NCBI GenBank assembly: GCA_023898665.1
Contig: CP060233.1
Span: forward strand, 82,801-146,800
Origin: Candidatus Nomurabacteria bacterium
GTDB taxonomy: Bacteria > Patescibacteriota > Saccharimonadia > Saccharimonadales > HK-STAS-PATE-42
Direction of reading: 5' to 3'
DNA: 64,000 bases
Part shown: piece after piece, positions 27,084 through 35,881 of the stretch
How positions within the stretch are numbered: the first letter of the stretch is position 1
Layout: each line of letters starts with the position of its first letter
Notes under the pieces: model-generated
What the model was told of the DNA's origin: nothing
The model's input: only the letters and a program-made list of their open reading frames with translations
Databases searched by the model: none
Program-made: the position numbers and the translations under genes

Positions 27084-29288
27084 TTAAACTTGTATGTTTT
27101 GTATACCATTTTTGTCTTCATTGATATTCTTAACTCTTGACTGCTCAAGATATGCAGAATGTCTTCTGCCATGATTAATTATTAAAATGATGGCAAGAGT
27201 TAAGATTAAGATTCCGACTAGAGTAGCTATGGACGCAATAAGCACCGGGAAGTCTTTAACATCTTCAGTTTGGTCTGGTCTCTGGCTAATATAGGAGATG
27301 AGCGAGTCCACCTTCGGGTGATCAGGATATAATGACCTGACTTCTTCTAGTTTTATTAAAGCTTTTGAGTATTTTGCCTCATAAATTAGTTCAATGGCAT
27401 CCTCCCAAGTTTTTTGTGTCGAGCTACTTTTGGCTAAACTTATATTCTTTTCGTAAACAACCTCCTTAAAGTCTGCAATGTCCCTGATGTAGTTATATAC
27501 TCCATCACCTTCTCCTGAGCCATCAATTGTATATGTAGCAATACCGACAACTTCACCAGAATCGTTAAAGGCAGGACCGCCACTATTGCCGTGCCCAATG
27601 GTCGCATCCGTTTCGATAAGCTTGCTGTCAGAACCGCTGGCTGTTTTTATGGCAGAGACTTTGCCTGAGGTTAGGGTAGCAATTGACTGACTCGCCTCAA
27701 CTAAAGGATTTGTGCTAGCGGCGCCTGGGTAGCCGATTATATTTAAGTTGCTGCCCTGGACAATACTGGAAATATCCCCGAGCTTAACGTTAGGATAATT
27801 AGAGCCAGATATCTTCAAAAGAGCTACGTCTGATGCAGTAAAGACTCCGGTCTGGGCCCCATCAACTTCCCTGTAATTATAGCCAATAAGTTCAGCTTTT
27901 TGAGTTTTTAGTGGAAGTGTATACTCCTGATTAAGCTTAGTAGCTTCGAGAAGCTTCGAGAGATCCGGCTGCTGCTCTCCCAACCCGACTAGTATGCTCT
28001 CTGATTTATTGGAGGCTGTAACTCTGTTTGTAGGGATTTTATAAAACTTGTCGATAGCTATTTTTAGCTTGTCCTTATTAGTGGAGCCGGAGTCTAGATC
28101 TGCTTGCGTTAAGCCTGAAGCGCTTGCTAATTGAGAGAAATAGAATGAGTTTCCGTTATTGATCTGCTCAAACGCGTACGTGATAGCAATACTTAGTGGG
28201 TCATTTACAACTACGTGACCGTTTGTGGCAAAATAGCCGTCACTGCTGACCAAAAATCCGCTGCCTGTTGTTGCGCTACAGCTCCGTGGAATAAATATCT
28301 TACTGTTAAGATTGATATCCATACAGTAGAAGTTGTAGATCTTTACTACTGCTGGGCCATAGAGCAAGCTAATTCTTTCTGACGGGTTATTCTCGTTTAA
28401 AAATGATTGTGCGTTAGTGCTTTTTGTAAAAGTCAGTCTATCAAGTAAAGACAAAGTGGAGCTACGGTCAGTTACTATTTGTGCGCTGTCGTTGGTTTTA
28501 ATTTTAATATTTAATGAGCTTGGGGCAGAAAAGCTAAGAGAATCTAAAGCTTCTTCAAAAAGAGATAGCACTTCATCCTCAGAGTTAAGGCCACTGTTTA
28601 CGACAACCGTAAAAGGTGAGTTATTTACTAATCCGGTATAACTTATTAAGCTTAAATCAGATGCTAGCGGTTGCTTGTGCTTCTCATTATCTGAAAGGGA
28701 CCAGTTTGATTTTAGAAAATCTAGGCCATCGATCTCTTCTGTTGAGCTGCTTTGTAAAACGAAATTTGGATAATCAACGCTAACATACTGAGCCTCTAGC
28801 TTCGCCAAATCTGCTGATACACCCAAAGGGTTATCCTGGTAATACTTTAAACTTATGTAACCACCTGTGAGTCCTGTAGTATTCGAGTTAGATGATGGGG
28901 ATATCTTTATCGTGGAGTATGGTCGGGACTCGTTAAGCTCTTTACCAACGTAAATTGAATTTGTGCTTGAGTCTAGACCACTCGCCTGCAGCCTAAATGA
29001 GTTATATAATAGAGAAAACCCGAATGAAGATATTACTTGGTCTGATTGATAACTAGTCTCCTTGTCGTTTTCTGGATCTATAAATTTAGTAATTAAGTCT
29101 TTTGCTGATCTTAGAGCATTGTTATTGTTAAGCTTAATTGAGTATAAAGAAAGTAGCGTAAATGTTATTATTGCTACTGATAGAATTAATAAGCTAAGGT
29201 GTCGTTTTCTGAAGGCTTTTGAGTGATGAGACTTTAAATCCTCAGCTTTATAACTTCTTTTTTGTTTTTTAGTCGGCTTCTTAGCCAT
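27084..29288 (-). CDS. Membrane-anchored trypsin-like (S1/HtrA-type) serine protease
   Basis: 734 aa. An N-terminal TM anchor and a long Ser/Asn-rich region precede a protease domain with GSGFLVSSDGYFATNGHVV and TDATIGHGNSGGPAFNDSGEVVGI. A second TM helix lies near the C-terminus. Confidence 0.75.
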   Translation of the reverse strand: MAKKPTKKQKRSYKAEDLKSHHSKAFRKRHLSLLILSVAIITFTLLSLYSIKLNNNNALRSAKDLITKFIDPENDKETSYQSDQVISSFGFSLLYNSFRLQASGLDSSTNSIYVGKELNESRPYSTIKISPSSNSNTTGLTGGYISLKYYQDNPLGVSADLAKLEAQYVSVDYPNFVLQSSSTEEIDGLDFLKSNWSLSDNEKHKQPLASDLSLISYTGLVNNSPFTVVVNSGLNSEDEVLSLFEEALDSLSFSAPSSLNIKIKTNDSAQIVTDRSSTLSLLDRLTFTKSTNAQSFLNENNPSERISLLYGPAVVKIYNFYCMDINLNSKIFIPRSCSATTGSGFLVSSDGYFATNGHVVVNDPLSIAITYAFEQINNGNSFYFSQLASASGLTQADLDSGSTNKDKLKIAIDKFYKIPTNRVTASNKSESILVGLGEQQPDLSKLLEATKLNQEYTLPLKTQKAELIGYNYREVDGAQTGVFTASDVALLKISGSNYPNVKLGDISSIVQGSNLNIIGYPGAASTNPLVEASQSIATLTSGKVSAIKTASGSDSKLIETDATIGHGNSGGPAFNDSGEVVGIATYTIDGSGEGDGVYNYIRDIADFKEVVYEKNISLAKSSSTQKTWEDAIELIYEAKYSKALIKLEEVRSLYPDHPKVDSLISYISQRPDQTEDVKDFPVLIASIATLVGILILTLAIILIINHGRRHSAYLEQSRVKNINEDKNGIQNIQV

Positions 29289-29294
29289 AAATTA

Positions 29295-29780
29295 TTACTT
29301 CTTTCTTACAGGATCTTGAAGGCCGTCACCATCTCTATCTTTAATCTTACTCTTATCTTTTTTAAAAATATGTAATCTATGCTCATTCACCTCTTTTTTT
29401 TGAAGTCTCTCAAGTTTTTCTCCTGTGACTTTGCTGGACATAATTGCGAAGTGCTCTTCGAGCTCAACTAACTCCTGGTCGGTGCGACTGTCGAGATCCA
29501 TGAATGCATTGCTAGCGTTCTTTTGGGTTCTAATAAGTTCGTCGAGCTTTAGATGAATCGATTTAGAGTCTCTATTCTGGGTATTTTGAATCAAGAAGAC
29601 CATTAAAAAGGTAACCACAGTTGTACCGGTATTTATTACTAATTGCCATGTGTCTGAATAGTTAAACAGAGGACCAACAGACGCCCAAATTAACACGACT
29701 AACACTGAGAGTATAAATGCCGAAGCCTTGCCTGTGGCATTAGATATTTTTGTAGAGACCTTATGAAAGAAATCACTCAT
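29295..29780 (-). CDS. Low-affinity iron permease family protein
   Basis: 161 aa. SAFILSVLVVLIWASVGPLFNYSDTWQLVINTGTTVVTFLMVFLIQNTQNRD matches the conserved core of that family. Confidence 0.7.
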   Translation of the reverse strand: MSDFFHKVSTKISNATGKASAFILSVLVVLIWASVGPLFNYSDTWQLVINTGTTVVTFLMVFLIQNTQNRDSKSIHLKLDELIRTQKNASNAFMDLDSRTDQELVELEEHFAIMSSKVTGEKLERLQKKEVNEHRLHIFKKDKSKIKDRDGDGLQDPVRKK

Positions 29781-29882
29781 ATTTAGTGTTGCTCTTATTT
29801 ATTGTTATTGTTAATTTACTTAAGCTTAATCTTATCATAATTTGTTAAGATCTATAGGGTAAAGACTATTGAAATATTTGCT

Positions 29883-30569
29883 ATGGAAGCTCCGATCGAT
29901 AAAACATGGAAGTTAGCCCTAGGTGCTGTATTTAAATCTAAAGAGTTTAAATCTTTAGCTTGTTTTATTAAAAAAGAATACTCTAGCAAGAAGATCTACC
30001 CCGAAAGCAAAAATATTTTTAGAGCCCTGAACTTAACTCCGCTAGATGAAGTAAAAGTAGTAATAATAGGCCAAGATCCTTACCATGGATCAGAAGGCGG
30101 ATTACCGCAAGCGCAAGGTTTGAGCTTTTCGGTTACAGAATATATTAAGAATCCACCGAGTCTGCAAAATATATTTAAAGAGCTTGAAGCAGAATTTAAT
30201 AAGAAGCCCGAAGCTGAGATTAAGTTTAATGGAGACCTAACAAGTTGGGCTAAGCAAGGAGTTTTACTACTTAACTCAACTCTAACAGTAGAGGCTGGCA
30301 AAGCAAACTCTCATGCAGATTTAGGCTGGGAGAGCCTAACTAATGAGATTATTAAACTCATCTCAAACAAATGTGATGGAGTAGTTTTCTTGCTTTGGGG
30401 AGCCTATGCAAGAAAAAAGAAAAAACTTATTGATGCTAATAGACACTTGGTTCTAGAGTCTGCCCATCCATCCCCATTCTCAGCATATTCAGGATTCTTC
30501 GGGAATAATCATTTTAGAAGAGTAAATGAGTGGCTCAAATATCACGGTAAAGATGAGATTGTTTGGTAG
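29883..30569 (+). CDS. ung: Uracil-DNA glycosylase (family 1)
   Basis: GQDPYHG, GLSFSV, PPSLQNIFKEL, and HPSPFSAYSGFFG (the family HPSPLSA motif). Confidence 0.92.
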   Translation: MEAPIDKTWKLALGAVFKSKEFKSLACFIKKEYSSKKIYPESKNIFRALNLTPLDEVKVVIIGQDPYHGSEGGLPQAQGLSFSVTEYIKNPPSLQNIFKELEAEFNKKPEAEIKFNGDLTSWAKQGVLLLNSTLTVEAGKANSHADLGWESLTNEIIKLISNKCDGVVFLLWGAYARKKKKLIDANRHLVLESAHPSPFSAYSGFFGNNHFRRVNEWLKYHGKDEIVW

Positions 30570-31764
30570 TTAAGTACCCAGAGATCATCACTAAACTTAG
30601 ACTAAAAAGTAAGCTTAGAGTTTGAGGCTGTCCTGTTTTTGCTAAGCTTAATGGATAATTCTGTAAGGCTTCGATCCTTGGATCTTGAGAACTAGAAGCA
30701 TTAGCAGTAGACACAGGGCCCGCACTTAGCAAAGAAGAGGCGATTGGTGTTTCGAGGTCATGAGGGTCTGCTGGATCTGTGATAATTGTTTTTGCCTGGA
30801 AGAAGGCCACAGTTGGCCCTATAAAGCTAATGTGCTCAGTATTGCCGTTGTTATTCTCTGGCTGGTCCGGAAAGTTATCATCGTCTCCTACAATAATCAA
30901 CATTCTTTTTACTAGGCTTAAGATTGAATCTGAGCCAGAACTAAATCCGATAAATCTAGTTGTATTGTGCCCACATCCCATTTTGTTGATAAGATCTGTA
31001 GTCGTATTTGCTGTGCCACAAATTGATTGGTCTAGGTCTCCGTTCGTAATCCAGTTATTTGGCGGGATAGTGCGCTCTAAGATTAACTCGTCATTGGGGT
31101 TAAAAATACGTAGAAGTGCAGGAGTACCATTGCCATCCGTTCTAGTCTCGAGATCGCCGAGCCAAACTCCGAATGCCTGAAGCGGTTCTGAGAATGTGAA
31201 TAGTAGGCCGTTTCTGTAATTATTCTGATCTCCGAACCCGTTTTGAGACTCGTTAGCATAATATTGGCCAGCAAACTGATTGGGTATGGGAGCGAAATCT
31301 TGCATAGTGTTGCCATTATAAGTATTGGCTCCGGAGCCTGGCAGATCGAGCTTGGCTTTATATTGATAGCTATCTGAAGAGCGAACTCCAAGATCATTTT
31401 GGGTACTAAGATTTCTAATATCGACATTATCGGCTGTGACTGCAACTTGCTCGTTATTTAAGTTTAAAAAAGTGTATACATTTGGTGAATCTGGGCTGAT
31501 CTGTGAAGTAGAGACTTTGAGCTCGGTATCCGGCTCTTTAAGCTTATTTAGACTTGATATCCACTCGTCATCTAGAGTATCACTTTGGTTAAAGGCCTCT
31601 TGCTGGCCAGTTCTCTTTTGGGCTGGCGTTGTACCCCAAGCTCCAACCTCTTCGGAGATAAATATATTGAGATCTGGGGTAGATTCAGCAAAGACTGATG
31701 GGTCGCTGACTAAGCTTAATAATAGAACTAAAAACGGGACGAGTAGAATTCTTGATTTGGTCAT
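30535..31764 (-). CDS. Secreted surface protein with an LPXTG-like (LAKTG) sortase sorting signal
   Basis: Signal peptide MTKSRILLVPFLVLLLSLVSDPSVFA. The C-terminus reads LAKTG, then the hydrophobic stretch SLLFSLSLVMISGYL, then a K/R tail. It overlaps the ung 3' end by 35 nt. Confidence 0.65.
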   Translation of the reverse strand: MTKSRILLVPFLVLLLSLVSDPSVFAESTPDLNIFISEEVGAWGTTPAQKRTGQQEAFNQSDTLDDEWISSLNKLKEPDTELKVSTSQISPDSPNVYTFLNLNNEQVAVTADNVDIRNLSTQNDLGVRSSDSYQYKAKLDLPGSGANTYNGNTMQDFAPIPNQFAGQYYANESQNGFGDQNNYRNGLLFTFSEPLQAFGVWLGDLETRTDGNGTPALLRIFNPNDELILERTIPPNNWITNGDLDQSICGTANTTTDLINKMGCGHNTTRFIGFSSGSDSILSLVKRMLIIVGDDDNFPDQPENNNGNTEHISFIGPTVAFFQAKTIITDPADPHDLETPIASSLLSAGPVSTANASSSQDPRIEALQNYPLSLAKTGQPQTLSLLFSLSLVMISGYLTTKQSHLYRDI

Positions 31765-31801
31765 ACGGCAATACTTTCTGGAAAATTTAGGAGATTACTT
31801 A

Positions 31802-31817
31802 CACTTAAGCTTAAGTG
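31802..31817. repeat. 16-bp perfect palindrome CACTTAAGCTTAAGTG (extended copy of the iterated TAAGCTTA word)
   Basis: Read directly; intergenic, upstream of the surface-protein gene start at 31764. Confidence 0.9.
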
Positions 31818-31981
31818 ATTTGTGATGATAAGTAAAGTGCTAAAATAGAAAATGGCCCTGCTTTTTCTGAATATTTATATGTTCAGGGAGTTCAATATTC
31901 TGATGAAGCCCTCGTGCGGATTCTATGAGAACACCCACTTGGTTTTAAACCAGGAAACATTGCAGGGCTTTTTTAAGTATG

Positions 31982-32797
31982 TTAGTATCCTCCCTTAATC
32001 TTCTTATCCCTAAGATCATTAACCTCTTTAATGGCCTCCTCAATACCGAGATTAACGAATGTATCGGGTTTTATGTGATGAGCCTGCCTAAAAACTAGCC
32101 TTTCCTTATCTTCGAGAGCTTCTGCTATATCTCTGGCCAGAGCAAAAGGAACACCTCTTCTTAGTAGAGTGTCCACTGCATTATAGAAATCGATCTCCCC
32201 TCTAAATACCTTTTCCCCTCCTAGGTCCATTATTAACTCTTCGTACATATCCCAGATATCTTGGGGTGCCTCAGAATGATTTTGCCGCCATAGTTCTGAA
32301 TGGACCGTAGCTAAGACGCAACAACCGTTCGCCATTGCCCTCCTGACTAAAGTATCCATAAACTGCGCATACTCACAAGTTTTTTTGTCTGATCTACGCC
32401 TTTTAGCACCACCTGTGTAAACCATGAAGTCAAGATTATCTACTACTAGCATCGCTCCGGCTACATCACCCAGCTCCTTTATTAATGTTTCTGTGAAGCT
32501 CCTACCGGATATACTTCCTGAGTTAATATGACATGAGATCATGGCTACTGGGGAGCCCTCTACGTAGTGCCCTCTATAGACATCTTGAGTTATATGGCTT
32601 TTCCCGGCTCCAGGGGCACCCCCAAGAACTAATCCTCCAAAAGAGGATAGTGCTCCTGAGTGATCTCTCCAATTATGGAACCAGGGATCATAACTAGACG
32701 GAGTCTCATCGTTTTCTAATACTCCATAAGCTAGCCCATACCCGTTTTTTCTTATATCAAATTCCATCTTATATATTATACAAGATGCGTTATACAC
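31982..32797 (-). CDS. RecA/KaiC-superfamily P-loop ATPase-like hypothetical protein
   Basis: Walker A GGAPGAGKSH and Walker B-like AMLVVDNLDF, then ...CCVLATVH, a layout like RepA/KaiC-type ATPases. An alternative start exists at 32767 (MEFDIRK). Confidence 0.5.
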   Translation of the reverse strand: MYNASCIIYKMEFDIRKNGYGLAYGVLENDETPSSYDPWFHNWRDHSGALSSFGGLVLGGAPGAGKSHITQDVYRGHYVEGSPVAMISCHINSGSISGRSFTETLIKELGDVAGAMLVVDNLDFMVYTGGAKRRRSDKKTCEYAQFMDTLVRRAMANGCCVLATVHSELWRQNHSEAPQDIWDMYEELIMDLGGEKVFRGEIDFYNAVDTLLRRGVPFALARDIAEALEDKERLVFRQAHHIKPDTFVNLGIEEAIKEVNDLRDKKIKGGY

Positions 32798-32812
32798 ATG
32801 TCAATAATGATT

Positions 32813-32889
32813 TGGTGCGCCCGGAGAGATTCGAACTCCCGACACCTGGTTCCGAAGACCAGTGCTCTATCCAGCTGAGCTACGGGCGC
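32813..32889 (-). tRNA. tRNA-Arg (anticodon UCG)
   Basis: Reverse complement folds as GCGCCCG TA GCTC AGCTGGATA GAGC A CTGGT CTTCGGA ACCAG GTGTC GGGAG TTCGAAT CTCTC CGGGCGC ACCA. Confidence 0.9.
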
Positions 32890-32910
32890 GCTTACTCTAT
32901 TATACCACTG

Positions 32911-33777
32911 TTACTTTGAGCTGTTAATAGCGTCAATGAGTGAATCTTCTTTTGATTTAGACTTATTTTTTAAATTCTGAGTTTTTTGTGTTTGAGAATT
33001 AGCCATATTTTGCTGCTGTGTTCGAGGTCTTTTTTGTCTGTTGGTATTGGTATTGTAAGCTTGTGTAGATTGTTTAACTTGTTGGGCAAATACGATGCGA
33101 CCTCCAGCAGTTTGGATTATTTTACTAGACTTAAGCTCTATATTCTGCCCGATTTTGTTTTGAGAGTTTTCTGCAACCACCATGGTTCCGTCTGGTAAAT
33201 AGCCAATAGCCTGACCTTTGTCGTCTCCTTTTTGGATTAGTTTAATAGTAAAGTTTTCTCCAGGAAGAATCTGTGGCTTAAGAGACTCTGCCAAGTCATT
33301 AGGACTCAAGATACTGACCCCCTCTACTTTAGCTCGCTGGGCTAGATTAAAGTCTGCCGTAAACAATTGGGCCCTTAAAGATTTTGCTAAATTTAAAAGT
33401 TGTTGATCTACCTCAAACTCTGATTTTGAAAGGTTTCTAGTTACTACACTCACTCCAGCTAGTCCTGAGAGTTTATTTAAAATGTCTAAACCATAGCGGG
33501 CACGAGATCGCTTGAAGCTATCCCCTTCATCGGCTAAATACTGGAGCTCGTCGAGAATTATATTTGTACTAATTAGCTCGGTGCTACTTAAAAAACCAGC
33601 CTCTGCCAAAGCCAAGATGCGCCCATCAATCACAGCAGAGGTGTCTAGAACAATTCTTTTTTTACTACTCTTTTTATCACTTAAAATTGGTTTGTGCTGC
33701 ACTAGTACCAGCAATAAAGTGGCTAGCTGAAAAATAGCTAAGATAGCTAAGATCAAATCAGTATTTTGAGTTGTCAT
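32911..33777 (-). CDS. PIN/TRAM domain protein (YacL-like)
   Basis: An N-terminal TM helix, a PIN-like region (VLDTSAVIDGRILALAEAGFL...LDELQYLAD) and a TRAM-like beta domain (GENFTIKLIQKGDDKGQAIGYLPDGTMVVV). Confidence 0.75.
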   Translation of the reverse strand: MTTQNTDLILAILAIFQLATLLLVLVQHKPILSDKKSSKKRIVLDTSAVIDGRILALAEAGFLSSTELISTNIILDELQYLADEGDSFKRSRARYGLDILNKLSGLAGVSVVTRNLSKSEFEVDQQLLNLAKSLRAQLFTADFNLAQRAKVEGVSILSPNDLAESLKPQILPGENFTIKLIQKGDDKGQAIGYLPDGTMVVAENSQNKIGQNIELKSSKIIQTAGGRIVFAQQVKQSTQAYNTNTNRQKRPRTQQQNMANSQTQKTQNLKNKSKSKEDSLIDAINSSK

Positions 33778-33808
33778 TTAAATAAAGTATAGCACCCTTG
33801 AGGAGATA

Positions 33809-34125
33809 TCAAAGATGAATCTGCTCGTGTTGAATTGTCAAAGCAATCTCATCTGCAGCCCCATAAGTACAGGCTCCGGCCGGGGGTACTACAGGCTCAA
33901 ATCTGCCATCCTCACTTGTAGTTCCATAGCAAAAGACTGGCGGCTGCTAAGTTTTGTCCTCCCCGAAGAGACGTCCACTTATAAAGAAAATGCTTTTTCA
34001 TCAAAGACTATATCACCTAAGTTTGAGGCTATGTACCCTAATACTTCCCCCGTTTCTTTTTGGGTAGCTTCGAAGACTCTAACAGGTGCATCACCGTAGG
34101 GTCGTCTAGACGTTTCGATCCACAT
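33809..34125 (-). pseudogene. Decayed coding remnant (three frame-shifted fragments)
   Basis: My own translation gives MWIETSRRPYGDAPVRVFEATQKETGEVLGYIASNLGDIVFDEKAFSL* / YKWTSLRGGQNLAAASLLLWNYK* / EDGRFEPVVPPAGACTYGAADEIALTIQHEQIHL* in three successive frames. Confidence 0.3.
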
Positions 34126-34127
34126 AT

Positions 34128-34436
34128 TTAAGCCCCTGGGCTCGATTCAATATCAGCCCCACGTACTCTTCTCTGAAGTTCTTCTGGTCCAAAAGTTGGT
34201 ACGGAACCATTTCTAGCTCCTTCTGCCAAGTCAGCTAACCTTTTGATTGCTTCAGGATTTGCTTGGAAATACCCAGAAATCCATTCTCCTGCTGTCATAG
34301 GGATAAGTAGTCCAACCATCTTTCCTGCATGAGTTAGTACAGCCATGGACACGCCGTCATCTCTCATTTTATCAATAGATCCAACAAGCTCGTCATCACT
34401 TAGGGCGATAGCACCATCCTCAATTCTGTATGCCAT
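34128..34436 (-). CDS. Hypothetical protein (102 aa)
   Basis: ORF only, GC-richer than its surroundings. A faint resemblance to Phd/YefM-type antitoxins (HAGKMVGLLIPMTAGEW) is not enough to call. Confidence 0.45.
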   Translation of the reverse strand: MAYRIEDGAIALSDDELVGSIDKMRDDGVSMAVLTHAGKMVGLLIPMTAGEWISGYFQANPEAIKRLADLAEGARNGSVPTFGPEELQRRVRGADIESSPGA

Positions 34437-34512
34437 AAATGTCTCCTTTGATTCTATTATTTTGATTCAATCATATTCTTGAAGCTATGTAATTGCAAGC
34501 GTAAGCTTGATG

Positions 34513-35877
34513 TTATCTGGCGATGAACCAGTTATTTAGGACTTCGCGCAGGTTTGTAGCGTCATTTATAAAGTTGGATTTTGAACCGGAACTTGGTGCC
34601 AATAAACCCACAAAGCCAAGTTTTTTTGCCTCGTTTAATCTTTTTTCTAGATTCGGTATTCTACGGATTTCTCCAGAAAGTCCGAGCTCTCCTGCGACGG
34701 CTAGATCTTGCTTTAAGCTTAGACCTTTTGCAGCTGAAGCAATTGCCATGGCAACGGCAAGGTCTGCGGCAGGTTCTGTGAGCTTTACTCCACCTACGAC
34801 ATTTATATAGATGTCATGTTCTGAGAGATTAAGCTTAGTGCGCCGAGTTAAAACTGCGACTAAAAGGTTAAGTCTATTTAAGTCAAAGCCAGAGGCAGTT
34901 CTTTTGGGATAGCCAAAACTTGTTTTATTAACTAGAGCTTGGACCTCCACTAAAATTGGGCGAGTTCCTTCTATGGCAGCAAAGACGATGGAACCGTCTG
35001 TTACCTGCCTTTCGGCGAGGAGAGATTTGGAAGGATTATCAACTTGTTCTAGACCTTTTTCGGTCATATTGAATATTCCGGCTTCAGAAGTAGAACCGTA
35101 TCTGTTTTTTACTGCTCGGAGTATTTTAAAACCGCCGTATCGGTCTCCCTCTAGATTTAAAACGACATCGACTAGATGCTCGAGCATCTTTGGTCCAGCT
35201 AATGAGCCCTCTTTGGTGACATGTCCGACAATTATTAATGCTGTGCCGGCGGATTTTGCTGCTTGAGTTAAGATGTGTGTTGAGTTCGTTACCTGAGATA
35301 CAGAGCCAGTTGCAGATGAGACCTCTGAGCAAGCCATAGTCTGGATCGAGTCGATAATGACTAGTTTGGGTTTTATTTTTAAGATAGTTTCGGCAATGTC
35401 ATCGGTCGAAGTTGAAGAGACTATCCCTAAATTGTCTGAGGAAAGATCGAGACGCGAGGCACGATGGGCAACTTGCTCGGCCGATTCTTCTCCGGATACA
35501 TAGAGGACTTGCCCTGAGCTTTGAGAAACCGAGGCTGCTATTTGCATAATTAATGTTGATTTACCGATGCCGGGCTCACCAGCGATCAAATTGACACTTG
35601 CTTCGACTATCCCGCCACCTAAGACGTCATCTACATCAGAGATATTTGTTTTAAGACGAGAAGATGTTCCAGTTCCGTCACCATTTTTAGCGATGTCTTT
35701 AATTGACTTAAACTTAAGTTCACTCCCCTGCCCAGATTTAGGATTTTTTGATAAGTTAGATTCGACAAACTCGACAAGAGTATTCCAAGCACCGCAATTC
35801 TCACACTTGCCTGTCCATTTAGGATAATCCTCTCCACAGTTAGTGCAGACGAATTTAGTCTCTCTTTTCTTAGCCAT
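34513..35877 (-). CDS. radA: DNA repair protein RadA/Sms
   Basis: N-terminal zinc finger CTNCGEDYPKWTGKCENCGAWNT, Walker A GEPGIGKST, the KNRYG motif (KNRYGSTSE) and a Lon-like C-terminal domain. Confidence 0.93.
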   Translation of the reverse strand: MAKKRETKFVCTNCGEDYPKWTGKCENCGAWNTLVEFVESNLSKNPKSGQGSELKFKSIKDIAKNGDGTGTSSRLKTNISDVDDVLGGGIVEASVNLIAGEPGIGKSTLIMQIAASVSQSSGQVLYVSGEESAEQVAHRASRLDLSSDNLGIVSSTSTDDIAETILKIKPKLVIIDSIQTMACSEVSSATGSVSQVTNSTHILTQAAKSAGTALIIVGHVTKEGSLAGPKMLEHLVDVVLNLEGDRYGGFKILRAVKNRYGSTSEAGIFNMTEKGLEQVDNPSKSLLAERQVTDGSIVFAAIEGTRPILVEVQALVNKTSFGYPKRTASGFDLNRLNLLVAVLTRRTKLNLSEHDIYINVVGGVKLTEPAADLAVAMAIASAAKGLSLKQDLAVAGELGLSGEIRRIPNLEKRLNEAKKLGFVGLLAPSSGSKSNFINDATNLREVLNNWFIAR

Positions 35878-35881
35878 CTAG

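Noticed and set aside
33815-34099. Plus-strand 94-aa ORF between the PIN/TRAM gene and the 102-aa orphan.
   Set aside because: The minus strand carries more protein-like, though frame-broken, sense contiguous with the upstream operon. The plus ORF has no ribosome-binding context.
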